A DNA stretch of 64,000 nt from an uncultured Verrucomicrobiae bacterium (GCA_963841745.1 CAWJDV010000012.1:20779-84778); one strand, 5' to 3'. Positions 20,264 through 29,520 are shown, numbered from the stretch's first letter. Numbers and translations: made by a program. Notes: a model not told the origin generated them from the sequence alone.

Positions 20264-20437
20264 ATGAATCACTCCATCACCCAGTCCCAGATGACGGCAT
20301 TGTTCGCGCTGAAACGGAGTGAGAGACCACCCGAGAATTTCATGCGGGACTTCATCCTGGAGTTTCACAAACGCAATGATGCGACAAGCCCGAAACCCCG
20401 CCGACCCACTCCCGCTAAAAAGAGTCGTCCCAACTGA
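20264..20437 (+). CDS. Small hypothetical protein; the start may be upstream (GTG 20240 or 19916, same frame)
   Basis: LFALKRSERPPENFMRDFILEFHKR resembles an LxLKRxExPP..F..DF..EFH.R motif I recall from verrucomicrobial ECF-associated proteins (not verified by search). Confidence 0.5.
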   Translation: MNHSITQSQMTALFALKRSERPPENFMRDFILEFHKRNDATSPKPRRPTPAKKSRPN

Positions 20438-20549
20438 CCACCGCGCTAACAAACTTCTCCCCGCCCCGCTTTCCGGCAGTGTCCCACACGTCCGCGTGTC
20501 TGCCGATAGCGGGGTTTTCTTTGTTAAGAACCCGCCGCCGCGGACCACA

Positions 20550-21101
20550 TCAGAACACACCGCCGAAAGATTGGCCGACATGGGTGTTAGCCACGCCCCG
20601 CGTGCCGAAGAGCTGGACGGAGAAAACCATCCCGTCGCCATCCACAACCGTGCCGATTCCGGTATACTGATAGGCATCGGCGCGCATGGTTTTTTCATGG
20701 GGGGCGGACTGTGACCAGAGTCTCACATAGGTCGCACCGCTGCCACCGTGGCAGCAAACCACGTTCTCGGCAACCTGCCGGAACCCCATGGTATACTGGG
20801 CCTTCATCGCCCTGTTGCTGAATCCATGATGATTCGCGTCCTTGGCGGTCGTGCCACGGGTGAGACGCAGGTATTGCGCGTGCTCGCGCGCCAGCGCGGC
20901 GAGACCGGGATGGCGGGTAAGTTCCTGTTTGCTCCTGTCGTGCCGGTAATGGTTCACCGCGCTGAACACTTGGTTAGACAGGGTGGTTTCGTTTTGAGTG
21001 GAGGTGGACATATAGACGGTTATCGTCTTGGCGGGTGCCATGCACGATGGCAGGCAGGCAATGCCCAAGGCGACAATCGCGCCGAGGTTCGTGGATTTCA
21101 T
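20550..21101 (-). CDS. CAP (SCP/Tpx-1/PR-1) domain lipoprotein
   Basis: Lipobox-like LPSC, VNHYR, LAREHA, ENV, WSQSAPHEKTM, TGIG, VQLF. Confidence 0.85.
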   Translation of the reverse strand: MKSTNLGAIVALGIACLPSCMAPAKTITVYMSTSTQNETTLSNQVFSAVNHYRHDRSKQELTRHPGLAALAREHAQYLRLTRGTTAKDANHHGFSNRAMKAQYTMGFRQVAENVVCCHGGSGATYVRLWSQSAPHEKTMRADAYQYTGIGTVVDGDGMVFSVQLFGTRGVANTHVGQSFGGVF

Positions 21102-21212
21102 GATGGTGGGTGGTTAGTAACCGTAACTCTTCCGAATGGCCTCGATGCTGAACTTCGTGACCCGATCGCCACAGATCGCGGCGGTCTTCATCAAAAGGGT
21201 TGATCAATCATT

Positions 21213-21229
21213 CGCACCCGCTGTGCCAA
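21213..21229 (-). promoter_or_regulatory. Sigma-54 (-24/-12) promoter candidate upstream of the CAP gene
   Basis: Minus strand TTGGCACagcggGTGCg: TGGCAC plus correct GG-N10-GC spacing, about 110 nt above the ATG. Confidence 0.55.
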
Positions 21230-21506
21230 CCGGGTTGGATTGCCATAGCCTGTTGAAACGGAAAGGGTCGCAGGATGGATCGCTGAAACCTGGAGACGCT
21301 TAAAAATCAATATTCCGGTAATTGTTACAAAGATGCCGCAGCTTCTGCAGGCTTCGTGATTTCGTGAGGGTGCCGTTTATCTATCTGAATTAGATCCGAT
21401 GGGTTGTTACCTTTAGGACCCGGATTTCCGCGGCAGCGGATCTCCCTCTGAAAAATGCTTGTCGTGAGAAGCCCGATGTTTCATTTTAACAGGGTCTGCC
21501 GATGCT

Positions 21507-22805
21507 ATGAATCCCCCCTTCGCTTCATTCGATTTCCCGTCCTCCCCGAGCAAAAGGCCTTTGCTGGGTTTCTTCGCATTCCTGGCTGTGTGCTTTTCAG
21601 TCCCGATCGATCCGGCACGGGCGGCGGCAGAGGCTTTCACCTCTCCCCGTGGCATTTACACGGTGAAGGTGGCAGGCACACCCGCGGGGCTTACCCAGGC
21701 GAGGACCTATTTCGGAGTCCAGTTGCTGCCTGACCGGAAATTCACGGGTATGGCAAACAGTGTCAGCGGAGATGCGCTCAGCTTCAACTGGCTTTCCTCC
21801 TACGGTGAACTGGCGGATCCCGAGCGCAAAAGCTACGTCCATGTCATCACCGGAAATGGCCGGGGTTTCATCGTGGACATCGAAGAATTCCGCGCAGCGG
21901 ATCTGCGGTGCGCCCAGGATCTTTCAGCATGGATCACACCGGGCACACAGGTTTCGATCCGCCCGCATCCGCACCTGGCGGATCTGTTTGGAGCGGACAA
22001 CCGGTTCGGTCTTGGCAGCGGTCTCGATGCGGAGGTCGCCGACAACGTCGTGGCGTGGGATGAGCAAACCCAGCAGGAGCGCGTCTATTATTTCCATTCG
22101 ACTCGCGCGCGTTGGGAGCAAAAAAACATCGTGGCCGATGCCAGCCGCGCCATCCTGCGTTTCCCTTACGGACTCTACATCGTGCGGCGCTCGCCGGGAA
22201 CGTTGAGAATCGCGCTTTCCGGTGAAATCGGGGCGGACCCGCTGCTGCTGCCAGTGCGCACGGGGGCGAATGTTTTTTCCCTGCCGGTGAATCTGTCAGG
22301 CTCACTGGCCAATCTCATTACCACGACGGGAGACTTTCCTGTATCGAGCGGACCCCACTCCAACAGTGCGGACCTACTGACCTTCGAAGAGTCTGTTACC
22401 GGAAATCAACGCGGGCCTTTTTATCACTCGTCGAGGCCCAATTCCAGTGGTTGGCGCGAGGTGGGTGAAAGTAGCAGTGGCAATGTCACCTTGGATTTTT
22501 TGTCGACCTTGATTCTGCGCAGGATTGGCCCTCCCGGCTACGTTCGGGCAGAAGGCAGCCAGGTTCCAGCGCTGGTCCCACCTCCTGTGTTGCCGCCCAA
22601 CCCCGAGCCTGGGGAGCTTCCGCTGTTTGGTTATCTTCCGTTTCCCCGGAATCCCCGGCCTGAAATGACCTACGAGGTCCAGATCAGCACTGATCTGCAA
22701 AACTGGACCTTTCATGACAATCCTACGATTGAGAACAACCAGCTGAAGTTTCAAATACCGGCGGGCCAAGGTCGTAGTTTCTACCGTCTCAGAGTAACCT
22801 TGTGA
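21507..22805 (+). CDS. TIGR02597-like secreted protein with an added C-terminal FYRL-type domain
   Basis: Signal peptide; YVHVITGNGRGFIVDI and VSIRPHPHLADLFG fit the TIGR02597 pattern; Pro-rich linker then TYEVQISTDLQNW...RSFYRLRV. Confidence 0.6.
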   Translation: MNPPFASFDFPSSPSKRPLLGFFAFLAVCFSVPIDPARAAAEAFTSPRGIYTVKVAGTPAGLTQARTYFGVQLLPDRKFTGMANSVSGDALSFNWLSSYGELADPERKSYVHVITGNGRGFIVDIEEFRAADLRCAQDLSAWITPGTQVSIRPHPHLADLFGADNRFGLGSGLDAEVADNVVAWDEQTQQERVYYFHSTRARWEQKNIVADASRAILRFPYGLYIVRRSPGTLRIALSGEIGADPLLLPVRTGANVFSLPVNLSGSLANLITTTGDFPVSSGPHSNSADLLTFEESVTGNQRGPFYHSSRPNSSGWREVGESSSGNVTLDFLSTLILRRIGPPGYVRAEGSQVPALVPPPVLPPNPEPGELPLFGYLPFPRNPRPEMTYEVQISTDLQNWTFHDNPTIENNQLKFQIPAGQGRSFYRLRVTL

Positions 22806-23764
22806 GTCCAACTTCGATGACACACTTCCCAGCTACCCTCGTTCTCCTAACCTCCGCCATCTCCCCATTGACGGCAGGCACCGTCGTGATCACCTCACTG
22901 CCGGACGAATCCCGCCCGCTCGTCCCACTGACTTCTCTCGGCGGCGTGGCGTTGGGAAGTGGCGTGGAAGTGAAAGTCGGCGCTTTTCCAGGGCTGAGCG
23001 ACGATGCGATCCTGGACGCGGCCGCCACCGGTGGCTTCTCGCAGTTAGCGACCGCCTTCCAGCCTTTCGGCAGTGTGCAGGGCATCGGCGACGGCGTGGA
23101 TGGAGCCGCAGGAAATTTCGAGATCTCCGTCCGGCAGGCCACTCCGAATCCGACTTCTCCGTGGGTCGGCGAGGAGGTATCGCTTTTGATTACGAAAGAC
23201 GGCGGTCAGGAGTTCCTCGTTGCACGGTTCAAGGGAAAACTGTTTGAAGTCGATCCCGACACCGGGCTCGAACCTTTGCTGTCCCTGCATTTGGCGGATG
23301 CCAAGGTGATCGTGGGCAACCGTTATGGAGCGGGTGCCATCGCGACTTCGCCCGCACCGGAATCCGGCAGTTTCGGCACTTGGATCGCCAGCTTCCCAGT
23401 CATCACCGATCCGGACAAACGACTCCCCGATGCGGATGCCGATGGTGACGGGCGCAGCAATTTCTTCGAATACGCGACCGGCGGCGATCCGGGTTCAGCA
23501 GCGGATGCGAAGCCGTGCCAGCTCCTATCAGACGACGAAGGGGATTTCTGGATCCGCTTCTCCCGTGCGACGGGGATCGGCGGTGTTTCGCATCAGATCG
23601 AGTCGTCGGGCGACCTGGTTTCGCCATGGCTGCCACTCGACGGCGTCATCATGCCGGATCCCGAACCTCCGGCATCCGACGGCCTGAACTGGATGAAAAT
23701 CCGCGTCCCCCAGCCCGCCGGACCGAACGGGTTCTTCCGCCTGAGCGCGAAGTCCGCTCCCTAG
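22802..23764 (+). CDS. Secreted hypothetical protein with a Ca-binding DADGDG motif and a C-terminal FFRL domain
   Basis: Signal peptide, GVALGSGVEVKVGAF N-terminal domain, DADADGDGRSNFFEYATGGDP, IESSGDLVSPW...GFFRLS; 4-bp overlap with the upstream gene. Confidence 0.65.
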   Translation: MSPTSMTHFPATLVLLTSAISPLTAGTVVITSLPDESRPLVPLTSLGGVALGSGVEVKVGAFPGLSDDAILDAAATGGFSQLATAFQPFGSVQGIGDGVDGAAGNFEISVRQATPNPTSPWVGEEVSLLITKDGGQEFLVARFKGKLFEVDPDTGLEPLLSLHLADAKVIVGNRYGAGAIATSPAPESGSFGTWIASFPVITDPDKRLPDADADGDGRSNFFEYATGGDPGSAADAKPCQLLSDDEGDFWIRFSRATGIGGVSHQIESSGDLVSPWLPLDGVIMPDPEPPASDGLNWMKIRVPQPAGPNGFFRLSAKSAP

Positions 23765-23771
23765 CAGCCGT

Positions 23772-24382
23772 TCATTTCGGCCGGACCATTTCGAACAAAT
23801 CACCCGTCCTGCAATACCAGTTCGGCACCGACATGCGGCCGACCGGATGGAAATTCGCTCCTCTCACCCGCAAGCGTTTCAAGATCGAAATACTCTTCCC
23901 TCACCTGCACCCGGTGGACAATGCCCAGCACAAGCCGGTTGCTCGCCGATCCGTTGGATGGAATGCACCTTGCACTCCAACGCGGCCGGCGCGGCGGCGA
24001 TCCGGGGCGGCGCGACGGATGACGATGCTGCGGTTTCGAGGTTTTCCTGTTCGGTTTCACTGACTCCGTAGGGCACGGCGGAAGCCGCCGTGCGGTTCAT
24101 CACTTCGGCCAGCGATTCATCCACCAGATTCACGACAAACTCGCCGGTCCGCTCGCAATTTCGCGCGGTGTCTTTCGGCGAGCCGTCATCGCGGTCACCC
24201 GGCGCGAAGATCACCAGCGGCGGATCATCACCGAACACGTTGAAAAACGAAAATGGCGCGGCATTTACACTGCCGTCCTCGTTCAGCGTGGTGACCCAGG
24301 CGATGGGCCGCGGGGTGACAAGCCCTGCTAGAATCGGATAGGCACGGTCGGCGTGGGTGGTGAGCAGGTCGAGTTCGATCAT
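23772..24382 (-). CDS. Flavin reductase family protein (DIM6/NTAB), frameshifted near the 3' end
   Basis: VTPRPIAWVTT, NAAPFSFFN, KDTARN, EFVVNLV, ALECK; the reconstructed end is HPVGRMSVPNWYCRTGDLFEMVRPK. Confidence 0.88.
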
Positions 24383-25753
24383 GATTTTGAGTCCCGGACA
24401 ATACTCGTCGTTTCCCCGTCCGCAAACTTGGTGCGCATGATTTCACCGGGCTTCAAGGTGGCGGCCGAGGTAACGATTTTCCCATCAGGTCCGAGGCTGA
24501 TTGAGAATCCGCGCTGGAAGGCGGACTCCGGCCCGAGCGCGCGCGAGCAAACCACGCAGGCGGACGAGCTGCTCGGCGCGGCCAGCCAGATTGTCCTTGC
24601 CCGCCCGCTCGAAGCGCTGGCGCAGAGCGGCCACGGTTTCCATCCGCCGCTCCAGCACCATCGCCGGGTGATGCGACTTGTGGCGGGCGCGGGCCTCGTT
24701 CAGCCGGACGGCAAGCCATCGAGCGCGTTGCGGGTGGATCGAAAAAGCTGGGTGCGCGCGGAGTCGAGCCGCATGACGGATTCGCGCAGCAGTTTCTCGC
24801 CGTCGCGTTGCAGGGCACCGCGCTTGAGGGCATCGACCGCCAGTTGCGAACTCATCAGCCGCTCGCGGGTGACCCGCGCCATCCGCCGGCGGATTTGCGC
24901 CAGCCGGGCTAACAATTCCGCGCCATCCGCCACGGCCAGCTCGGCGGCGGCGCTCGGCGTGGGTGCCCGCAGGTCGGCGACGAAGTCCGCGATGGTGAAA
25001 TCGATCTCATGCCCGACGGCCGAGATGATCGGAATCGGACAAGCGGCGATCGCGCGTGCCACGACCTCCTCGTTGAAATTCCAAAGATCCTCGATGGAGC
25101 CGCCGCCGCGGCCGACGATGAGCACGTCGCAGCGCGGATAACCGAATTTCTCCGGCTCGCCCAGCTTCGCGATGGCCTGGGCGATTTCCATCTCCGCTCC
25201 CCTGCCCTGCACGCGCACCGGGAAAAGCACCGGCTGCACCCACGGCGCGCGGCGTGTGAGCACGTTGAGAATATCCTGAAGCGCGGCTCCGGTGCCGGAA
25301 GTGATCAGTCCGATCGTCCGCGGAAATGGCGGGATCGGCAGCTTCCGATCCGCGTCGAAAAGCCCCTCTGCGTGCAACTTCCGCTTGAGTGCCTCAAACT
25401 TCGCCTGCAAATCGCCAGCCCCCGCGCGTTCGGCCTTTTGGACGATGATTTGCAGCTGTCCTCGCGCTTCATAGACACTCGCCTCAGCGAACACCCGCAC
25501 CTTCGCTCCGTCTTCCAACGCATCCGCGCCCTCACGTTTCCTGGCTCCGAACATCGCGCAGGAAATCTGCGCGCCCTGCGTCCTTCAGCGAGAAATACCA
25601 ATGCCCGCTGCCTTGTTTCCGCAGGTTCGAGACCTCGCCCTCCACCCACGTTTCGCCGATCTGCACTTCCAACAGATTTTTCATCCGTCGCAGCAGTTGC
25701 GTGACGGACAGCGCCTTTTCCTCCGAGGTCTTGGGTTTCGAAAACAAATCCAC
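24379..25753 (-). CDS. xseA: Exodeoxyribonuclease VII large subunit, frameshifted
   Basis: WVEGEVSNLRKQGSGHWYFSLKD, IGLITSGTGAALQDI, VGRGGGSIEDLWNFNEE, SAVGHEIDFTIADFVADLRAPTPSAAAE. Confidence 0.95.
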
Positions 25754-25849
25754 GCCGCAATCTGGCAAGCGTGGCGGATTTTTCGAGCGGTAAAATTCCC
25801 CGCCGCGTGCTTGCGGAAGTGGGGGGAGTGAGACACTAGGCAGGCGGAG

Positions 25850-26308
25850 CTAAATCACGCCGATGATGATGAGCTTGGGTATTTCGAGCGACTCCCCGAC
25901 ACGCATCCCCAGCAACTTCCGATAGAGCGCGCTCTCCGGGGTGAGCAGGGTAATTTCGAGGCCATCGTGCTCGATGACCATGCCGCCGCAGGTGGGGACG
26001 AGCAGGAAACGGGTGGACTCGCCGTTAAGGTCGGCTTCGACGAGGGCACTGGCGTCGATTTCCGTGTCGGGGTCGAAATCCGGTAACGACAGGGTTTCGA
26101 AGATGCGCACGGATTCGGCAAGTTCATCGACTTGGCGCGCCTGGCCGGCGGCAAGGTAGGAAGCTTCCAGGCTGCGGGTGTCGTATTTCCCCTCCGCCTT
26201 GCTGCCGGGATCGGTGGCGGCGGCGTGGGCTTCGAAAGCCGCTTTGGAAAGTCGCTCCAGGCGGCTGCGAAGCTCGGTGCGGATGTGGTCGAGGAGTTGG
26301 GATTTCAT
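25850..26308 (-). CDS. GreA/GreB-family-like protein
   Basis: KAEGKYDTRSLEASYLAAGQARQ and C-terminal LLTPESALYRKLLG. Confidence 0.8.
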   Translation of the reverse strand: MKSQLLDHIRTELRSRLERLSKAAFEAHAAATDPGSKAEGKYDTRSLEASYLAAGQARQVDELAESVRIFETLSLPDFDPDTEIDASALVEADLNGESTRFLLVPTCGGMVIEHDGLEITLLTPESALYRKLLGMRVGESLEIPKLIIIGVI

Positions 26309-26359
26309 CAGCGGACGGCGAGACTTGCATGGTCGCCGGAGGGACGCAAGATTCGACGC

Positions 26360-26716
26360 ATGCCGACGATTTACGTTTACCAGAAATGCAGCACCTGCCG
26401 CGACGCGTTGAAATGGCTCGATCAAAAGGGCATCGCCTGCGAGGTGAAGGCGATCCGCGAAACGCCGCCGACTCCGGCGGAGTTGAAGGTGGCGCTTGAT
26501 GCCTTCGGCGGGAATTTGCGGAAGCTTTTCAACACATCCGGCATCGATTACCGCGAGCTGGGGATGAAGGACAAGCTGCCGGCGATGAGCGAGGCGGAGG
26601 CGTTCGGAATTCTATCGAAAAACGGGAATCTGGTGAAGCGGCCGTTTCTGATCGATGGGGAGAAGGTGCTGGTGGGCTTCAAGGAAGCGGAGTGGAGGGA
26701 AGCGCTCCAAGCGTGA
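26360..26716 (+). CDS. ArsC/Spx/MgsR family protein
   Basis: YQKCSTCRDALKWL (CxxC), LFNTSGIDYREL, LVKRPFL. Confidence 0.9.
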   Translation: MPTIYVYQKCSTCRDALKWLDQKGIACEVKAIRETPPTPAELKVALDAFGGNLRKLFNTSGIDYRELGMKDKLPAMSEAEAFGILSKNGNLVKRPFLIDGEKVLVGFKEAEWREALQA

Positions 26717-26814
26717 TACAGGCATTCCTGTCTGTCGTGATACGAGCATTCCTGCCTGTCTTGGAGGTGCTGAGGCTTGTGAAAGAACAGGCAGGAATGC
26801 CTGTGTCACGGTTA
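26713..26814. repeat. Cluster of three REP-like palindromes (two tandem plus one inverted; BIME/REPIN-like)
   Basis: gtgatacaggcattcctgtctgtc (26713-36), gtgatacgagcattcctgcctgtc (26737-60) and inverted agaacaggcaggaatgcctgtgtcacgg (26784-811), between convergent genes. Confidence 0.85.
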
Positions 26815-28656
26815 CTCGACGGTGACGCTTTTTGCCAGATTCCGCGGCTGGTCGATCTCGCAGCCGCGGATGCGGGCGACGTGATAGGCGAAGAGCTGGA
26901 GCGCGACGACGGCGGGGATGGTGGCGACGAGCGGATGGCAGCGCGGGATGGTGATGAAGTCGTCCATGCACTCGGCGGTCTCGTGGTCGCCCTCGGTGAC
27001 GATGCCGAGGATGCGGGCTCCGCGGGCGCGGCACTCTTCGATGTTGCCGAGGGTCTTGTCCTTGCCGGGGATGTCCGGGGCGAGGGCGATGATGGGCGTG
27101 CCTTTTTCCAACAGGGCGATCGGGCCGTGCTTGAGCTCGGCGGCGTGGTAGCCCTCCGCGTGGATGTAGGAAATTTCCTTGAGCTTGAGCGCGCCTTCGA
27201 GGGCGACGGGATACATCGGTCCGCGGCCGATGAAGAAGGCGTGTTCGTTCTTCGCGTAGTCCGCGGCGATTTTGGCGATGCGTTCGTTCTGAAGGATGAC
27301 CTTGGCGACAAGGGCGGGGATGGATTCGATTTCGCGAGCGAGCTTGATGCCGTCCTCACGAGAATAGCGACGGCCACGGCCGAGCTTGAGGGCCATCATG
27401 AGCAGCACGGCGACCTGGCAGGTGAAGGCCTTGGTGGAGGCGACGGAAATCTCGGGACCGGCGTGCAGATAGACGCCCCTGCCCGTCTCGCGGGCGATGG
27501 TGGAGCCGACGACATTGCAGAGACTCATGACAAACGCGCCTTTTTGGTTCGCCTCTCGCACGGCCGCCAGCGTGTCGGCCGTTTCGCCGGACTGGGAGAT
27601 GGCGACGACGAGGTCGCGGCTGCCGAGGATGGGATTCCGATAGCGGAACTCGGCGGCTTGCTGGACCTCGGCATGGATGTCGGCGAGGTCTTCAAACGCG
27701 TATTCGCCGACGAGTCCGGCGTGCAGCGAGGTGCCGCAGCCGATGAGGACCACGCGGTTGAGTTCCGCGAGTTCGCGCGGCGAGGTGCCCATGCCGGCGA
27801 GCACGGAGGAGCCGAGGTCGAAGTCGAGCCGGCCGCGGATGGCGTTGCCTAACGAATCCGGCTGCTCGTGGATTTCCTTGAGCATGAAATGTTCGTAACC
27901 GCCCTTCTCGGCAGCGGCGGCGTCGAGCCCGAGCTCGGCGATCTCGCGGGTGACGGGGATGTTGTGCAAGTCGCGGATTTCGACGGAATCGGCGGTGACG
28001 ATGGCGATGTCGTTGTCGTCCAGATAGATGACACGCTGGGTGTGGGCGACGATGGCGGAGGCGTCCGAAGCGATGATGGTTTCCCCGTCACCGACGCCGA
28101 TGACGATGGGGCTGCCGCGGCGGGCGGTGATGATTTTGTCCGGCTCGCGGGATGATAGAACGGCGATGCCGAAGGTGCCGTTCACCTGATGGAGCGCGTC
28201 GCAGACGGCTTGGAAAAGGTCGCCCTTGTCGCAGTCGCCGATGAGGTGGGCGAGGACTTCGGTATCGGTCTCGGAGTAGAAGTGATGGCCTTTTCCCTCA
28301 AGCCGGGCGCGGATGGCGCGGTAGTTTTCGATGATGCCGTTGTGGACGAGCGCGATGTCGCCGGTCTGGTCGAGGTGCGGGTGGGCATTGACCTCGGTCG
28401 GCGGGCCGTGGGTGGCCCAGCGGGTGTGGGCGATGCCGGTGGAGGCGCGGTGGAAGAGCGCGCGGATCGGCCAATCGGCGTGGGCCTTGTCACTGAGCTT
28501 GGCGACTTTTCCGGGCGACTTGGAGACGAGCAAGCGGTCATCGTCGAGGATGGCGACGCCCGCCGAGTCATAGCCGCGGTATTCGAGGCGGCGCAGGCCG
28601 TTGATGAGCACGGTGGCTGCGTCCGCATTTCCGATGTATCCGACGATTCCGCACAT
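26812..28656 (-). CDS. glmS: Glutamine--fructose-6-phosphate transaminase (isomerizing)
   Basis: MCGIVG, LEYRGYDSAG, GIAHTRWATHG, ISQSGETADT, VASTKAF, PRNLAKSVTVE. Confidence 0.98.
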   Translation of the reverse strand: MCGIVGYIGNADAATVLINGLRRLEYRGYDSAGVAILDDDRLLVSKSPGKVAKLSDKAHADWPIRALFHRASTGIAHTRWATHGPPTEVNAHPHLDQTGDIALVHNGIIENYRAIRARLEGKGHHFYSETDTEVLAHLIGDCDKGDLFQAVCDALHQVNGTFGIAVLSSREPDKIITARRGSPIVIGVGDGETIIASDASAIVAHTQRVIYLDDNDIAIVTADSVEIRDLHNIPVTREIAELGLDAAAAEKGGYEHFMLKEIHEQPDSLGNAIRGRLDFDLGSSVLAGMGTSPRELAELNRVVLIGCGTSLHAGLVGEYAFEDLADIHAEVQQAAEFRYRNPILGSRDLVVAISQSGETADTLAAVREANQKGAFVMSLCNVVGSTIARETGRGVYLHAGPEISVASTKAFTCQVAVLLMMALKLGRGRRYSREDGIKLAREIESIPALVAKVILQNERIAKIAADYAKNEHAFFIGRGPMYPVALEGALKLKEISYIHAEGYHAAELKHGPIALLEKGTPIIALAPDIPGKDKTLGNIEECRARGARILGIVTEGDHETAECMDDFITIPRCHPLVATIPAVVALQLFAYHVARIRGCEIDQPRNLAKSVTVE

Positions 28657-28660
28657 ATGA

Positions 28661-28695
28661 ATTTGAGATTAGAGATTTGAGATTAGAGATTGAAG
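28661..28695. repeat. 7-bp tandem repeat (atttgag/attagag)
   Basis: atttgag attagag atttgag attagag attgaag, spanning the stop of the glmU-like gene and the glmS leader. Confidence 0.7.
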
Positions 28696-29514
28696 ATCCT
28701 GCTGGACGATTTCCCCGGGGCGGGTGGTGGTGTCGGGGCCGAATTTCCGGCCGGGGTAGATGGAGGTGTGGATGCCGGTGTGGACGCCGTCGCCGATGAT
28801 GGCTCCGAACTTGCGGCGGCCGGTGTCGATGAGCACGCCGTGGACCATGGAGCGGTGGTTTTTTCCGTCGTGGCGCAGGTTGGAAGTGGTGGTGCCGGCG
28901 CCGAGGTTGACCTTTTCGCCTAACACGGAGTCGCCGATGTAGGAGAGATGGCCGACGTTGGTGTTGGATAGAATCAGGCAGTTCTTGATTTCGACGGACT
29001 GGCCGATGTGGCACTTGTCGCCGATGCTGCTGTTGCCACGGATGTAGCAGTTCGGGCCGATCTTGCAGTTCTCGCCGATGACGACGTTTCCCTCGATGAA
29101 GACGCCTGGCAGGATGCGGCTGCCGTGGCCGAGGTGGAGCGTGCCCTCGATGACGGCGGACGGATAGATCTCGCCGTGGATGGAGTCGCCGGTGAGTGAG
29201 GAGACGTAGAGCTCATTCGCGCGGAGCAGGTCCCACGGGTAGCGGATGAGGAAGGAGGCGGCAGCGGGGAAAGCGGATGCGAGATCGGGTGAGGTTCCTT
29301 TCCAGGCGAGCGGGGTGTTTTGAGAATTGACGAGCGTGGATTTTTCACTGGTCAAGAACGCTGCGACGTCGGCGGGAGCCAGCCATGCTTGGGGAGAACA
29401 GGCAGGAATGCCTGTTTCACGGTGGTGTTCGGCGAGCGGGATATTGGCAATGGGAAAGTCCTCGATTTTCCGGGTGGCGGAAAGCGGCCAACAATCTGAT
29501 GGATCACAAGACAT
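28669..29514 (-). CDS. GlmU-related hexapeptide (left-handed beta-helix) glucosamine-1-P N-acetyltransferase-like protein
   Basis: YPWDLL, IGENCKIGPNCYIRG, VEIKNC, HLSYIGDSVLG, NLGAGTTTSNLRHD, TGRRKFGAIIGD; lies between glmM and glmS. Confidence 0.85.
   Translation of the reverse strand: MSCDPSDCWPLSATRKIEDFPIANIPLAEHHRETGIPACSPQAWLAPADVAAFLTSEKSTLVNSQNTPLAWKGTSPDLASAFPAAASFLIRYPWDLLRANELYVSSLTGDSIHGEIYPSAVIEGTLHLGHGSRILPGVFIEGNVVIGENCKIGPNCYIRGNSSIGDKCHIGQSVEIKNCLILSNTNVGHLSYIGDSVLGEKVNLGAGTTTSNLRHDGKNHRSMVHGVLIDTGRRKFGAIIGDGVHTGIHTSIYPGRKFGPDTTTRPGEIVQQDLQSLISNL
29395..29422. repeat. REP-like palindrome inside a coding sequence
   Basis: agaacaggcaggaatgcctgtttcacgg, 27/28 identical to 26784-26811, translated as RETGIPACS. 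Confidence 0.85.
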
Positions 29515-29520
29515 GGGCGG

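Noticed and set aside
26713-26811. Possible mini-CRISPR array
   Set aside because: The copies are abutting or inverted with no unique spacers, there are no cas genes, and the same unit is dispersed elsewhere, so it fits a REP cluster.
28640-28700. glmS ribozyme
   Set aside because: glmS starts 12 nt after the upstream stop, leaving no room for the ribozyme, and no motif is visible.
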